DNA of 64,000 bases from Phyllobates terribilis (taxonomy: Eukaryota). How positions within the stretch are numbered: the first letter of the stretch is position 1; every line of letters starts with the position of its first letter. The DNA is taken from assembly GCF_046119375.1 (NCBI RefSeq), contig NW_027362762.1, forward strand, positions 929,566,001 to 929,630,000, given 5' to 3'. Of this stretch, positions 51,018 to 62,334 are shown piece after piece. Both the position numbers and the translations under genes were made by a program. The notes beneath the pieces were generated by a model, which saw only the letters and a program-made list of their open reading frames with translations, did no database searches and had not been told where the DNA came from.

Positions 51018-51530
51018 CTACTCCTATATAGTGTGTTTGGAACCAATTTAGCTGAATACGGATGGAACCACCACACTAATAGGGGAAACCAGGAAAAATT
51101 ATGAATTGGCAAAAAAGGACAATGTATGAAGCAGTGACACACACTGAGTGCACTACAACAAGACGTGGCTGAAGTACACACTACAGGGTGAGCTGCACTC
51201 ACACACACAGACCTTGCAGACAGCGGTGAACAGTGCAGATGCAGAGCACTGTGCACTAGCGCTGCAAGACAAAAAAAATTTCTCTATCTACTCCTATATA
51301 GTGTGTTTGGAACCAATTTAGCTGAATACGGATGGAACCACCACACTAATAGGAGATATCAGGAAAAATTATGAATTGGCAAAAAAGGACAATGTATGAG
51401 GCAGTGACACACACTGAGTGCACTACAACCAGACGTGGCTGAAGCACACACTACAGGGTGAGTTGCACTCACACACACAGACCTTGCAGACAGCGGTGAA
51501 CAGCACAGAGAACTGTGCACTAGCGCTGCA
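51018..51530. repeat. 270-bp tandem duplication in the hAT 5' region
   Basis: ctactcctatatagtgtgtttggaacc at 51018 and 51288. Confidence 0.9.
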
Positions 51531-53770
51531 AGGCACAGCGATTTATAAAGTAGCTTGGGTAAAGCAGAATAGACCAAATAGGTAGCTAAAACTGTCCCTC
51601 AGAACAACAGCGTCCTATCCCTAACTGAATTCACAGCAGAGTGAGCTCAAAATGGCGGCGGCGGCTTTTATAGTGCATCATGACATCATTTCAGCAGCCA
51701 ATCACAGCCATGCCATTAGTTAAGATGCCTACATGCCTAACAGGATGTGCCCACACTTCTTAGGATCCTCATTGGCTGAATAAAATGAAACTGGCTCATT
51801 GCATTATGGGAACTTCCGATTCCAGTATACGATATTGCAAAAGTATCGGAATTAAGTATCGGAATTCCGATACCGCGAATATCGGCCGATACCCGATATT
51901 TCAGTATCGGAATGCTCAACACTAACTGTGACTTTGACTATAGACAGCAATATTAAAACATTGCAGTATATAGAACAAATAGGTTGCAGGTTCAAGTCTC
52001 TTAGGGGGACCAAAAAAAGTGTAAAGTGAAACAAAAGTGAATGTCTTTAAAAAGTAAAAAAAAAATACCCCAACAAGACAAAAATTCATATTAACTCCAT
52101 TTACTGACTTAAAAATAAAAAATATAAAAATAAGCTTATTTGGTATTGTTGTGCATATAAAAGTCCAATGTATCAAAATATAACATGTTTAACCCATAAG
52201 TTAAATGCTTCCCCCCAAAAAAGATTAAAACACCCAAATTTACATTTTTCAATTACCGCACCTCCCTCAAAATGCAATAAAAATCATCAAAACATTGTAA
52301 ATGTCCCAAAATAGAGATAAAAACTTGACCTCTGCAAGCAAGGAATTGCATACTTATTATTACAGCATAATGAACATCATAAAATAAAACCCAAAAAACA
52401 ATAGCAGAATTGTGTGGTTTTTTTTTCAGAATTTTAGCTCAGGTGGAATTTTTGTTCCCATTTTTCAATACATTTTATGATAAAATTAATGGTTCCATTC
52501 AAAACTGCAGCTCGTCCTGCAAAACAACAAACCCTATATGTCTCACGAAAATAAAATAGTAGAGAAAAAAATGAAAGTGCAAAACTAAAAATTGGTTGTG
52601 TCTTTAAGTGTTTAATGTGTATAGGGATCTTAGGTTTATTGCCCTAGGTCTGTATCCAGTTTTACTAGCTAAGGCAGGGTAGTTTTTCTGTACCAAACAC
52701 CTTGGGCTATTGACTAGTGATGAGCGAGCACTAAAATGCACGGGTACTCGTTGTTCGAGTCGAGTAAATTGGAATACTCAAGTGCCCGGACCGAGTAACG
52801 AGCCCAATGTAAGTCCAAATCGATGGGAACAGTGCTCAAATGACTTGGGAAGAGCATGAGGAAGACTCCTGAAAGCATTTCTGACTCCCAGGTCACTGCT
52901 GTCAACAAAGTGGTCAGAGTATTACGCCACTTTTACGGACTCACAATAAAACATACAAAAATGAAACCAAAATGGATTTTCCTGGGAAATATATTAAGGA
53001 ACATCCTTTCCAGGGTAATGACTTGTAAATAAGGCAAAATAAATAACCAAAAACAAAAATGCTCCTCCACACCTTGGACTATATTCACACGTAGCGTTTT
53101 GATGAGTTTTTGCATTGCTTTCAACCAAGACAAATGCATTCACCGGGAAATGTCATTTTAACATTTTACAACCTTATCTGGCCATGTGGTGTGTGACACA
53201 TCATCAGACACATCCTGTTTCATTTATGATGGAGGGACTCTGAAAGTCACAAAGACTACTTTTATAGGGCCATCAGGCGGCCCTTACTATTCTTAAAGGG
53301 CCAGCAGTCGGCTATGCTTTGCTGTTCCCATTATTAACGAGTGGGTCTCATATACTGATATTCTGTATGCAGTGACTGCAAGTGCTGCCAAAAATTTGTA
53401 CGCAACCCAATACCCCTTTGAAGAGTCATAGAGGAGAGTCTCAGTAAAAAAAATGTTCCCATTATAAAGGAGTGGGTCTCCTATAGTGGTAATGCCCTTG
53501 CTGTGACTGCAAGGGCTGCAAAAATTTGGAAAAAACCCCACTAACAATTTAAAGAGTCATACAGCTGGGCCACAGTAATGAGTATGACATGTTCCCATTA
53601 GAAAGGAGAGGGTCTGCTATTCAGTTATAAGGTATGCAGTGAGTGCAACGGCTGCCAAAATTTAGGAAACACCCTACTAACAATTTAAAGACACATAGAG
53701 CTGGGCCACAGTAATGACATGTTCCCATTAGAAAGGAGAGGGTCTGCTATACAGTTATAGGGTATGCAGT

Positions 53771-54765
53771 TGTGGCACCCCAAGGTCTGGTTGCCACAGT
53801 GGCAGCAATGTCATGTCTGAGAGCAGGTGGGAGGTTCCCTGGTTGGTGACAATTAGCATGCAGCACCTCCTGCCTCAGTCCAGGGAGGGGAGAAACCTGC
53901 CCTTTATAAACTGGATCTGGGGCGGGGTTAGTGAGTCTAGTTCCAGAGACAGGGACAGGTCAGCAGCAGGCTGAGGAGTCCCTGAAGGCAGAGGAGAAAC
54001 ACGAGGCCAGGAGGGGAACTAGAAGAGTTCGTCCTGGCCAGAGACTTGAAAAGCCAGACACTGGAGTCCGAGGCTGTGAGGGTTATAAGCCCAGCAGCAG
54101 AAAACCACCACACAGGGGACTTCAAGTCCTCTGGCCCAAGGAAGCCCGGAGGCTCAGCCACACGAGAGGGACCACTACTGCCCTGGAGGGGTGAGAAGCA
54201 CGGAAGGCCCGAGTCGCCAGTCATACGTGTGAGAACAACACGGTACACTCAGAGACGTGGGCTACCACTACACTACAGCAGGATAGCCAAGAAAGAGTGA
54301 AGTCAGCACGGTAGGCCTACAAACTCCCCCTGACCAGCGGGATTTCCCAGTTGCTCTCCGACTGACCAGGCCTCCATTGTTAACCTGTATTCCGGACGGG
54401 TCCCTTAATACCACCAACAGTAAAGACCCTGAATTGCATGACAGACTCCGTGTGGTTACTGCTGCTCCCGCGCACCATCACCACCAACATCCACACTTGC
54501 TGCCCTGAGGCTATACTCCTCCCGTGGGGAGTTATACTATCCTCTGCTGCACCCACAACACCAGCCTCAGTGGTCAGCCCTGCAGCGGCGGTTCACTCTG
54601 ACCGCAATCCACGGGTAGCGTAGTCGGACATTCAGCATATAGACTGCCATTTAGTTTGACCACCCTGAGCCACGGACCGGGTCACCGCCACGCGGAGACT
54701 ACAACCCCCAGCATCCCACAAAAGGCCCAGTTCCGGGTTCCCCACACGGCCCAGGGGGTGCGTCA
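53771..54765 (+). repeat. 5' LTR of C (995 bp)
   Basis: TGTGGCACCC...GTGCGTCA; TATAAA at 53905; AGTAAA at 54419. Confidence 0.95.
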
Positions 54766-54769
54766 ACTT

Positions 54770-54788
54770 TGGCGTAGTCGGCAGGATT
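54770..54788 (+). other. Primer-binding site of C, complementary to a tRNA-Ser(AGA/TGA)-type 3' end
   Basis: TGGCGTAGTCGGCAGGATT is the reverse complement of the recalled AATCCTGCCGACTACGCCA. Confidence 0.88.
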
Positions 54789-55131
54789 TCGTGCCCGCCA
54801 CCAACGGGTACTGCGTGCCTGAGGAAAGACTGTAAAACTTACCTTGGTGGAGTTTCCCGCCATCCGCAGCCATTTCCCGCCATCCGCAGCCATTTTCCCG
54901 CCATCGGGCGCTATCTTTGGGACGAAGAGGGGCGTGGACGACGAAAGCGCGCGAGAACTGGAGCCCCGCCTTACGCACGGACGCTGCGCAAGGTCCTGAA
55001 AGGAGCCGAGCGGACGCTGAAGTCACCAGGACGCGACGCAAGGTCCTCAACCCCGACGATCGCCTGCGGAGCCGCGGCCTACAGAAGAAAAGCAACGGAA
55101 GGTAGGCCACGGTTGACTAGGGGGGAAGAGG

Positions 55132-56118
55132 ATGACGGAAGCGGAGGGAACTGTCACCGCCAGCGCGGCTGCTGCCGCAGTAATGCCGTTCACGATGCCT
55201 TATATCCCCGGAGCGGCCTGGTTGCCCCAGTACTCAGGGGAGTCGCATACCCTGAGCAACTTTAAAGAGAGACTATATAGCCTATTCAAGGTGTACCCGC
55301 TGACGGAAGAACAAAAAGTGACCATACTGATAGGCCAGTTAACCAGCGCGGCCCAACGAGAAGTAAAGTCCTGGTCAGTCAGGGACAAGGGGACCGTGAA
55401 GGAGATTTTAGCCCGTCTAAAGGACACTTTTGATACCCACACCTCAGCAGAGATCAAAATGAGATTTTATGGGTGCAAGCAGCGGGCCCAAGACAGTATC
55501 AGAGACTATGCTTTGAATTTGCAAGAGGCCCTGAGAGCCATCAAGCAGGCAGACCCTGACAGTGTGAGGAATGCAGATGAACTGCTGACTGAACAATTCA
55601 CTGAGGGTCTGCTGTCCAGCGCCCACCGAACCCAGTTACGCCTGATGGCCCTGCAGAACCCTGAGTTAGACTTTGCACAGTATAAGGACAGAGCCATCCG
55701 GGTACTCCGAGAACCCGCACCCGGTGGCGTTGCGGCCTCCAGGCGCCCTGCTATCACTTATCACCAAGAGGTGGCACCCCAGTCTCCAGAATCTGCAGGA
55801 GCCAACGCACAGACTAGTACCCCATCTACAGACCTGCACCATCAGGTCCAAGAACTGACTAAAAGCGTTGCCGCACTAACCAGGACTGTACAGTCGTTGC
55901 AGGTATCCTCTCCAGGAAAGATCCAGCTGGCTACCAGTCTGGAGGACGTCCCGTGGCACCGACAGAAGAGGATCCCACCGTTCAGAGGGAAGCCAACGGA
56001 CCGCTACGACCAGGATGGACAGCCCATCTGCCGCAGCTGCAGCCAGCCAGGACATATTGCGAGGTACTGTAATTTAAACGGGCCCAACCTGGGGCAGAGG
56101 GCCAACCCCCAGGTGTAG
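55132..56118 (+). CDS. gag: Gag of C, 328 aa, intact (capsid plus CCHC zinc knuckle)
   Basis: ATG to TAG open; MHR-like QRAQDSIRDYALNL; CRSCSQPGHIARYC. Confidence 0.9.
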   Translation: MTEAEGTVTASAAAAAVMPFTMPYIPGAAWLPQYSGESHTLSNFKERLYSLFKVYPLTEEQKVTILIGQLTSAAQREVKSWSVRDKGTVKEILARLKDTFDTHTSAEIKMRFYGCKQRAQDSIRDYALNLQEALRAIKQADPDSVRNADELLTEQFTEGLLSSAHRTQLRLMALQNPELDFAQYKDRAIRVLREPAPGGVAASRRPAITYHQEVAPQSPESAGANAQTSTPSTDLHHQVQELTKSVAALTRTVQSLQVSSPGKIQLATSLEDVPWHRQKRIPPFRGKPTDRYDQDGQPICRSCSQPGHIARYCNLNGPNLGQRANPQV

Positions 56119-56131
56119 GATCATCAGGCCC
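56073..56131 (+). promoter_or_regulatory. Candidate -1 ribosomal frameshift signal (T TTA AAC plus pseudoknot)
   Basis: Heptamer is in gag phase; the -1 frame is open into PR; 7-nt spacer; stems ACCTGGGG/CCCCAGGT and GGGCC/GGCCC. Confidence 0.8.
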
Positions 56132-59100
56132 GTCAAACAGGCGTGACAAGTATGTGGGGGGACGACCGGTCTTGCCTGTGGTACTGGATGGCATTCCTAT
56201 GAGTGCACTGTTGGACACTGGGTCACAGGTAACCACCATCCCCTATGTACTTTTCAAGCGGTACTGGGATGACACGGATATTACCCGCTACCCAGATAAT
56301 GACTTGAGCATCATCGCCAGCAATGGTCAGCCCGTGCCGCAGGTGGGGTTCAAGGAGGTGACCATCAAGATTGGTAAAGTTGAACTGCCGGCGCAAGGAC
56401 TGATTATTGTGGACATTGACCGTCGTGAAAGTCACCCTAAAATAACCTTGGGTACTAACGTTATTGAAAATTGTCTTTCAGAGATAATTGTTTTATTACA
56501 GCAGGTTGCAATGAATGCCAGCTACAGCCAGCAGCGTGTCTTACAAAAGGAGATCAGAGCCCTGATGAAGCGGCAACAGGTAGAACTGTCTGGTGGTGAG
56601 ATTGGAAGCGTTAGGATGAGTGACCCATTCCCTATCGCCATGCCCCCAAAAAGTGAAATGATGATCTGGTGCCGGTCTGCAATCGGGTTAAGAGGTAGAG
56701 ACTACCAAGCTATGGTAGAACCCGTTTACTCAGACAGTAGGCCCACCATTTTGACAGCACGGGGGGTGGTTGATGTCCGCCATGGGAGGGTACCAGTCCG
56801 CATCCTAAATATTGGGGAAAGAGAAGTACACTTGCCCCGGTATGCCACTCTAGCCAAATTGTTCACCATTAACCAGAACTCTGTAAAGGCCGTGGAACCC
56901 TTGCGTCCATCTCAACCAGAGGAGGGTAATGGCTCCAAGAAACAAATGGAGGACTGGTGTCAGAACTGCATGTGGGCACCGACTCCACTCCCTCACACCA
57001 CAAACAGGGAGTCTACCGGGTGGTTCAGGAGTACAAAAGAGTTTTTAGCAAACACCCGCTAGACTTTGGGCAAGTAAAGGGGTTAGAACACCAAATCCCC
57101 ACAGGAGACCATCCACCCATAAAAGAGAGATACTGGCCTGTACCCCCTGCACACTATCAGAATGCCAAGGGTATGTTGCGAGAAATGAAGGAGGCTGGGG
57201 TGATCAGGGATAGCTGTAGCCTCTGGGCAGCTCCTCTAGTTCTTGTAAAAAAGAAGGATGGCACGATGAGGATGTGTGTAGATTATAGAAAGGTCAACAG
57301 AATAACACACAAAGATGCGTACCCGTTACCTAGGATAGAGGAGTCTTTGGCTGCACTAAAATCTGCTAAATTCTTCTCTACTTTGGATCTCACTAGCGGG
57401 TACGGGCAGGTTCCTGTAGCAGAGTCAGACAAGGAGAAGACCGCCTTCACCACTCCGATGGGTCTCAGTGAATTCAACTGTATGCCGTTCGGACTCTGCA
57501 ATGCACCAGGGACCTTCCAGAGGCTGAAGGAGTGCTGTCTGGGGCACAGGAATTTTCGAGATGGTCCTACTCTACATGGACGATGTCATCGTATATTCCA
57601 AGACCTATGAGGACCATCTAAAGCACCTGGCAGAGGTGTTCGACGCCCTGGCAGGCTTCGGCCTAAAGGTGAAACCCTCCAAGTGTCATCTACTGAAGCC
57701 AAAAGTACAGTACCTGGGACACGTGGTGAGTGCTGACGGAGTAGCCCCAGACCCTGACAAGATCACGGTGATTAAGGACTGGCCAAGGCCCTCCAGCATA
57801 AAGGAAGTGCGGCAGTTCCTCGGGTTGGTAGGCTACTACTGAAGATTCATCTCCGGATTCACCAAAATGGCAGCCCCTATGCAGGACCTCCTGTTAGGTC
57901 AGTCAAAGACTAAAAGTCAGAAGCCGCCCTTTAAGTGGGACAAGCTGGAGGAGGAGTTTTTCTGCCAGATGAAGATGGCCCTCACGGGGGATGAGATCCT
58001 GGCCTACCCTGATTACGGCCAGCCTTTTATCCTCCACACCGACGCCAGTAATGTGGGGCTAAGAGCCGTACTGTCCCAGATCCAGCAGGGCAGAGAACGG
58101 GTAATTGCTTATGCTAGCAGAAAGCTGAGACCCACAGAGAGAAACCCTGAGAATTATAGCTCCTTCAAGCTAGAGTTCCTGGCAGTGGTGTGGGCCGTCA
58201 CTGAACGCTTCAAGCATTACCTGACTTCTTCTAAGTTCACTGTGTACACGGACAACAACCCGTTGACACACCTGGACACTGCAAGACTTGGTGCCCTGGA
58301 GCAGAGATGGATGGCCCGGCTGTCCAATTATGAATTTACCATCAAATCCCGGACAGGGCGCGCAAATGCCAACGCAGATGCATTGTCCAGAATGCCTCAC
58401 TTGCAGGACGGGGGAGAGGATCCAGAAGAACTGGAAGAAATTGAACTCCCTGCATTCCACCGTCATGGGGTCACCCAGTATTCCCACTGCATAAAGGAGA
58501 GGTGCTCTGCTACCGCTACGTTCAATCCCTTACCCCACCACGGCTGGGCCGAGATGCAAGATAGTGACCCCGCAGTCCGCCTGGTGAAAGAGATGCTGAC
58601 CCAGGCTGATGCCCACCTTGATCCGGATGCTCCAGAAGAGGCCAAACAGCTGTGGAAGGAGAGGAGCAAGCTGTTTCTCTATGAGGGGAGGCTGTGCCGC
58701 AGGACCGTCAACTCTCGAACACACGAGCTGATCTGGCAGATAGTGGTCCCAAGGCAGGATGCGGCTATGGTCCTAGAAGCATACCATGACGGCGCAGGGC
58801 ACTTTGGATGGAAGAAGCTGGAGTTCCTGTTGCGTGAGCGGTTCTTCTGGGTAGGCATGAGAGGGGCTATAGAGAGATGGTGCAGAGACTGTGGCACGTG
58901 AAACCTAAAGAGGAAGGACCGTGCCAGCCAGAAGACTCCCCTGCGGCCCATCATCACAAAGCAGCCCCTTGGGCTGGTGGCCCTGGACCGCGTAAAGCTG
59001 GCTCCAAGCAGATCGGGATACGTCTACGCCCTCACAATCGTAGATCACTACTCCCGGTTCCTAGTGGTGGTCCCTGTCAAAGACTTAACAGCTCAGACGG

Positions 59101-60320
59101 CCGCCAGAGCCTTTCAACAGCATTTCTGCCGTCCACACGGGTATCCGGAGCAAGTGTTGACCGATCAAGGTCCAGCGTTCGAGGCTGAAGTCTTTCAGGA
59201 ATTCTGCAACCTGTATGGCTGCAAGAAGATAAGGACAATGCCTTACCACCCCCAAACCAACGGAATGTGTGAGAAAATGAACCAGGTAGTAATAGACCTG
59301 CTCAAGACGTTGCCCCTGGAGGAATGCAACCTGTGGCCTGAGAAACTGCCGGATCTGGTGGACTTGTATAACTATATCCCAGTGGGTTCTACCAACTGCA
59401 CCCCGGCTTACTTAATGAGGGCAAGACCTGGTAAGCTGCCAATTGACCTGGAGATGGGAGTCCTGACACCCGAGGACACCTCACCAGAAGCAGACTGGGA
59501 CACAGAACGACAGCAGCAGTACCGGAAAGTACAGGAGAGCGTGGAGCGAAGTCTGTCTCAAGCCAGAGACAGGCAAGAGAGAGATTACAACCAGCATGCT
59601 CCTGCTGCTCCCCTGGCACCTGGAGAGCAGGTCTTGAAGAGGAAGAGATGGCTCCACAAGTTGGATGATGAGTGGGAGAAAGACCCGTACACCGTACTGC
59701 CGTCAAGCCATGAAAACACAAAGGTGTGTGTTATCAGTAAGGATGGAGGAGAGACCACAGCCACTGTCTCCAGAGACCACCTGAAGAAGTGTCCCGAGCA
59801 GCTGAAAAGTGCTGATGAAGACCAAGATAGCCCTCAACCCGCAGAGGAAAGGGAAGAAATGGTCAGTACAGTGCTCGGAGAATTTCCCCGTTCCTGGACA
59901 CAAATCAACAACGCTATAGTGGTACCCGTCCTTGCCTTTCTCCAGCCAGCCCCTCAAGGGCCTGCAGAAGAGCAAGTAGTGTTGGAAGAGCAAGTGGCCC
60001 CAGAGGCAGAAGAGTCCATACCAGCAGCCCAGGAGAATCAACCCTCTGCTAGTAGTGAACCTGCCATGCCCATGGTGAGCCAAAGAGTACGCAGAAAGCT
60101 GCCCAACCTACCCGTAACATCTGCAAACACCTCTAGTGCAGACATGAGCACACCCAGTACACAGGGGGTGGAAATAGGGGATCCAAATAGAGTACCACCA
60201 GACAGTGGGTTACGTAGGTCCACCAGGAGCACTAAAGGTCTAATGCCCGCTCGCTGGAGAATCGAAATGCCAAGTATATATCTACCTGTATATTGCAAAT
60301 GTTTTATGCTTGTTACCTGA
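56073..60320 (+). pseudogene. pol: Pol of C (PR, RT, RNase H, integrase) broken by frameshifts and stops
   Basis: Five consecutive ORF pieces; LLDTGS, YMDD, YTDNNPL, DD35E; premature TGA at 57840 and 58899; natural stop apparently lost near 60264. Confidence 0.93.
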
Positions 60321-60710
60321 TTATTAATAATGTTTTTCTAGTCTTTCTAGTTCAATGGACTAACAGGTTATGGACGCTGAATAACCGGAACTGTTGTGTA
60401 GATAGTTGCACCTGGTGCCCTCTTTCGAAGATGGCCATGGAAGAAAAACCTGTCCGGCGTGGCCCCTTGTGGCCCAAAGTAGATAGCTCAGCCTTGTCAC
60501 CATGCCCAAGGCCAGGAACTTGGGGTTTATGGAGACAGGTCCCCACACCGTTGAAGTTATACCTCGTTGGGTGACATGGACAGTCACCCGGTTGCAGATA
60601 AGCTGTGACCCTCAAGAATTAAAAATGTATATATATATGTTTATGTTATTGCTTTTACCCTGTATTTGTGTTTCCTAAAATGTGTTTAGTCCGGAGTACT
60701 AAATTTCACT

Positions 60711-60719
60711 AGGGGGGAA
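60711..60719 (+). other. Polypurine tract of C
   Basis: AGGGGGGAA adjacent to the LTR TG. Confidence 0.88.
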
Positions 60720-61692
60720 TGTGGCACCCCGAGGTCTGGTTGCCACAGTGGCAGCAATGTCATGTCTGAGAGCAGGTGGGAGGTTCCCTGGTTGGGGACA
60801 ATTAGCATGCAGCACCTCCTGCCTCAGTCCAGGGAGGGGAGAAACCTGCCCTTTATAAACTGGATCTGGGGCGGGGTTAGTGAGTCTAGTTCCAGAGACA
60901 GGGACAGGTCAGCAGCAGGCTGAGGAGTCCCTGTAGGCAGAGGAGAAACAGGAGGGGAACTAGAAGAGTTCGTCCTGGCCAGAGACTTGAAAAGCCGAGG
61001 CTGTGAGGATTATAAGCCCAACAGCAGAAAACCACCACGCAGGGGACTTCAAGTCCTCTGGCCCAAGGAAGCCCGGAGGCTCAGCCACACGAGAGGGACC
61101 ACTACTGCCCTGGAGGGGTGAGAAGCACGGAAGGCCCGAGTCGCCAGTCATATTAGTGAGAACAACACGGTACACTCAGAGACGTGGGCTACCACTACAC
61201 TACAGCAGGATAGCCAAGAAAGAGTGAAGTCAGCACGGTAGGCCTACAAACTCCCCCTGACCAGCGGGATTTCCCAGTTGCTCTCCGACTGACCAGGCCT
61301 CCATTGTTAACCTGTATTCCGGACGGGTCCCTTAATACCACCAACAGTAAAGACCCTGAATTGCATGACAGACTCCGTGTGGTTACTGCTGCTCCCGCGC
61401 ACCATCACCACCAACATCCACACTTGCTGCCCTGAGGCTATACTCCTCCCGTGGGGAGTTATACTATCCTCTGCTGAACCCACAACACCAGCCTCAGCGG
61501 TCTGCCCTGCAGCGGCGGTTCACTCTGACCGCAATCCACGGGTGGCGTAGTCGGACATTCAGCATATAGACTGCCATTTAGTTTGACCACCCTGAGCCAC
61601 GGACTGGGTCACCGCCACGCGGAGACTACAACACCCAGCATCCCACAAAAGGCCCGGTTCCGAGTTCCCCACACGGCCCAGGGGGTGCGTCA
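60720..61692 (+). repeat. 3' LTR of C (973 bp)
   Basis: Matches the 5' LTR apart from 8-bp and 14-bp deletions and roughly 17 substitutions. Confidence 0.95.
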
Positions 61693-62334
61693 CAGTGAGT
61701 CCAACGACTGCCAAAATTTAGGAAAAACCCCACTAACAATTTAAAGACACATACAGCTGGGCCACAGTAATGAGTACGACATGTTCCCATTAGAAAGTAG
61801 AGGGTCTGCTATTCAGTTATAAGGTATGCAGTGAAGCAATGGATGCCAAAAATTTGGAGGAATGCCAATGCCCCTTGCAAGAGACGTAGAGGTCGGAGGG
61901 CCTCCTGCAAAAAATGCTCCCATTATTAGGAAGTGTGTCTCCCATACTGTTTGCCTATGCAGTGAAACAATGGCTGCCAAAAATTTGGAGGAACTCCAAT
62001 GCCCCTTGCAAGAGACGTAGAGGTCGGAGGGCCTCCTGAAAACAATATTCCCATTATTAGGAAGTGTGTCTCCCATACTGTTTGCCTATGCAGTGAAGCA
62101 ACGGCTGCCAAAAATTTGCAGGAACTCCAATGCCCCTTGCAAGAGACGTAGATATGTTGATATGGTACATATGGTGGTGATATGGTGGTGGAGGATGAGG
62201 ATACGGATGCGGAGAAGGAGGAGGACAAGAGCAAATAGACAAAATCAGGAAGTGTATACCCATGTCTGGGTGTGAAGACAGAGGTGCATGGGAATAGAGT
62301 TAGACCTCCCAAAAAAAAGATACTGTATTTGAGT

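Larger units (their letters stand above)
46358..51924 (-). mobile_element. Non-autonomous hAT element (5567 bp) carrying tandem-repeat cargo
   Basis: TIRs TAGTGTTGAGC; perfect 8-bp TSD ACTGTGAC (46350-46357 and 51925-51932); CCGATA-rich subterminal repeats. Confidence 0.93.
46038..52611. mobile_element. Degenerate non-autonomous piggyBac-like element hosting the hAT insertion
   Basis: TTAA|CCCTTTC left end and AAAATTGG...TTAAGTGT|TTAA right end; internal sequence resembles 8696-11940. Confidence 0.55.
53771..61692 (+). mobile_element. Ty3/Gypsy element C, full length, pol disrupted
   Basis: CAGT TSD (53767-53770 and 61693-61696); LTRs about 98% identical by eye; PBS, gag, pol, PPT. Confidence 0.97.

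Noticed and set aside
54770-54788. tRNA gene
   Set aside because: Only an antisense match to a tRNA 3' end including CCA, which is a PBS; no cloverleaf. No tRNA or rRNA gene was seen in the window.
55132-56118. Intact gag beside a broken pol as evidence of domestication
   Set aside because: At about five lesions per 4.2 kb of pol, a 1-kb gag escaping by chance is unremarkable, and the LTRs and TSD mark an ordinary insertion.
60320-60719. env-like third ORF in the Gypsy elements
   Set aside because: The pol-to-LTR intervals are only about 360-570 bp with no suitable ORF.
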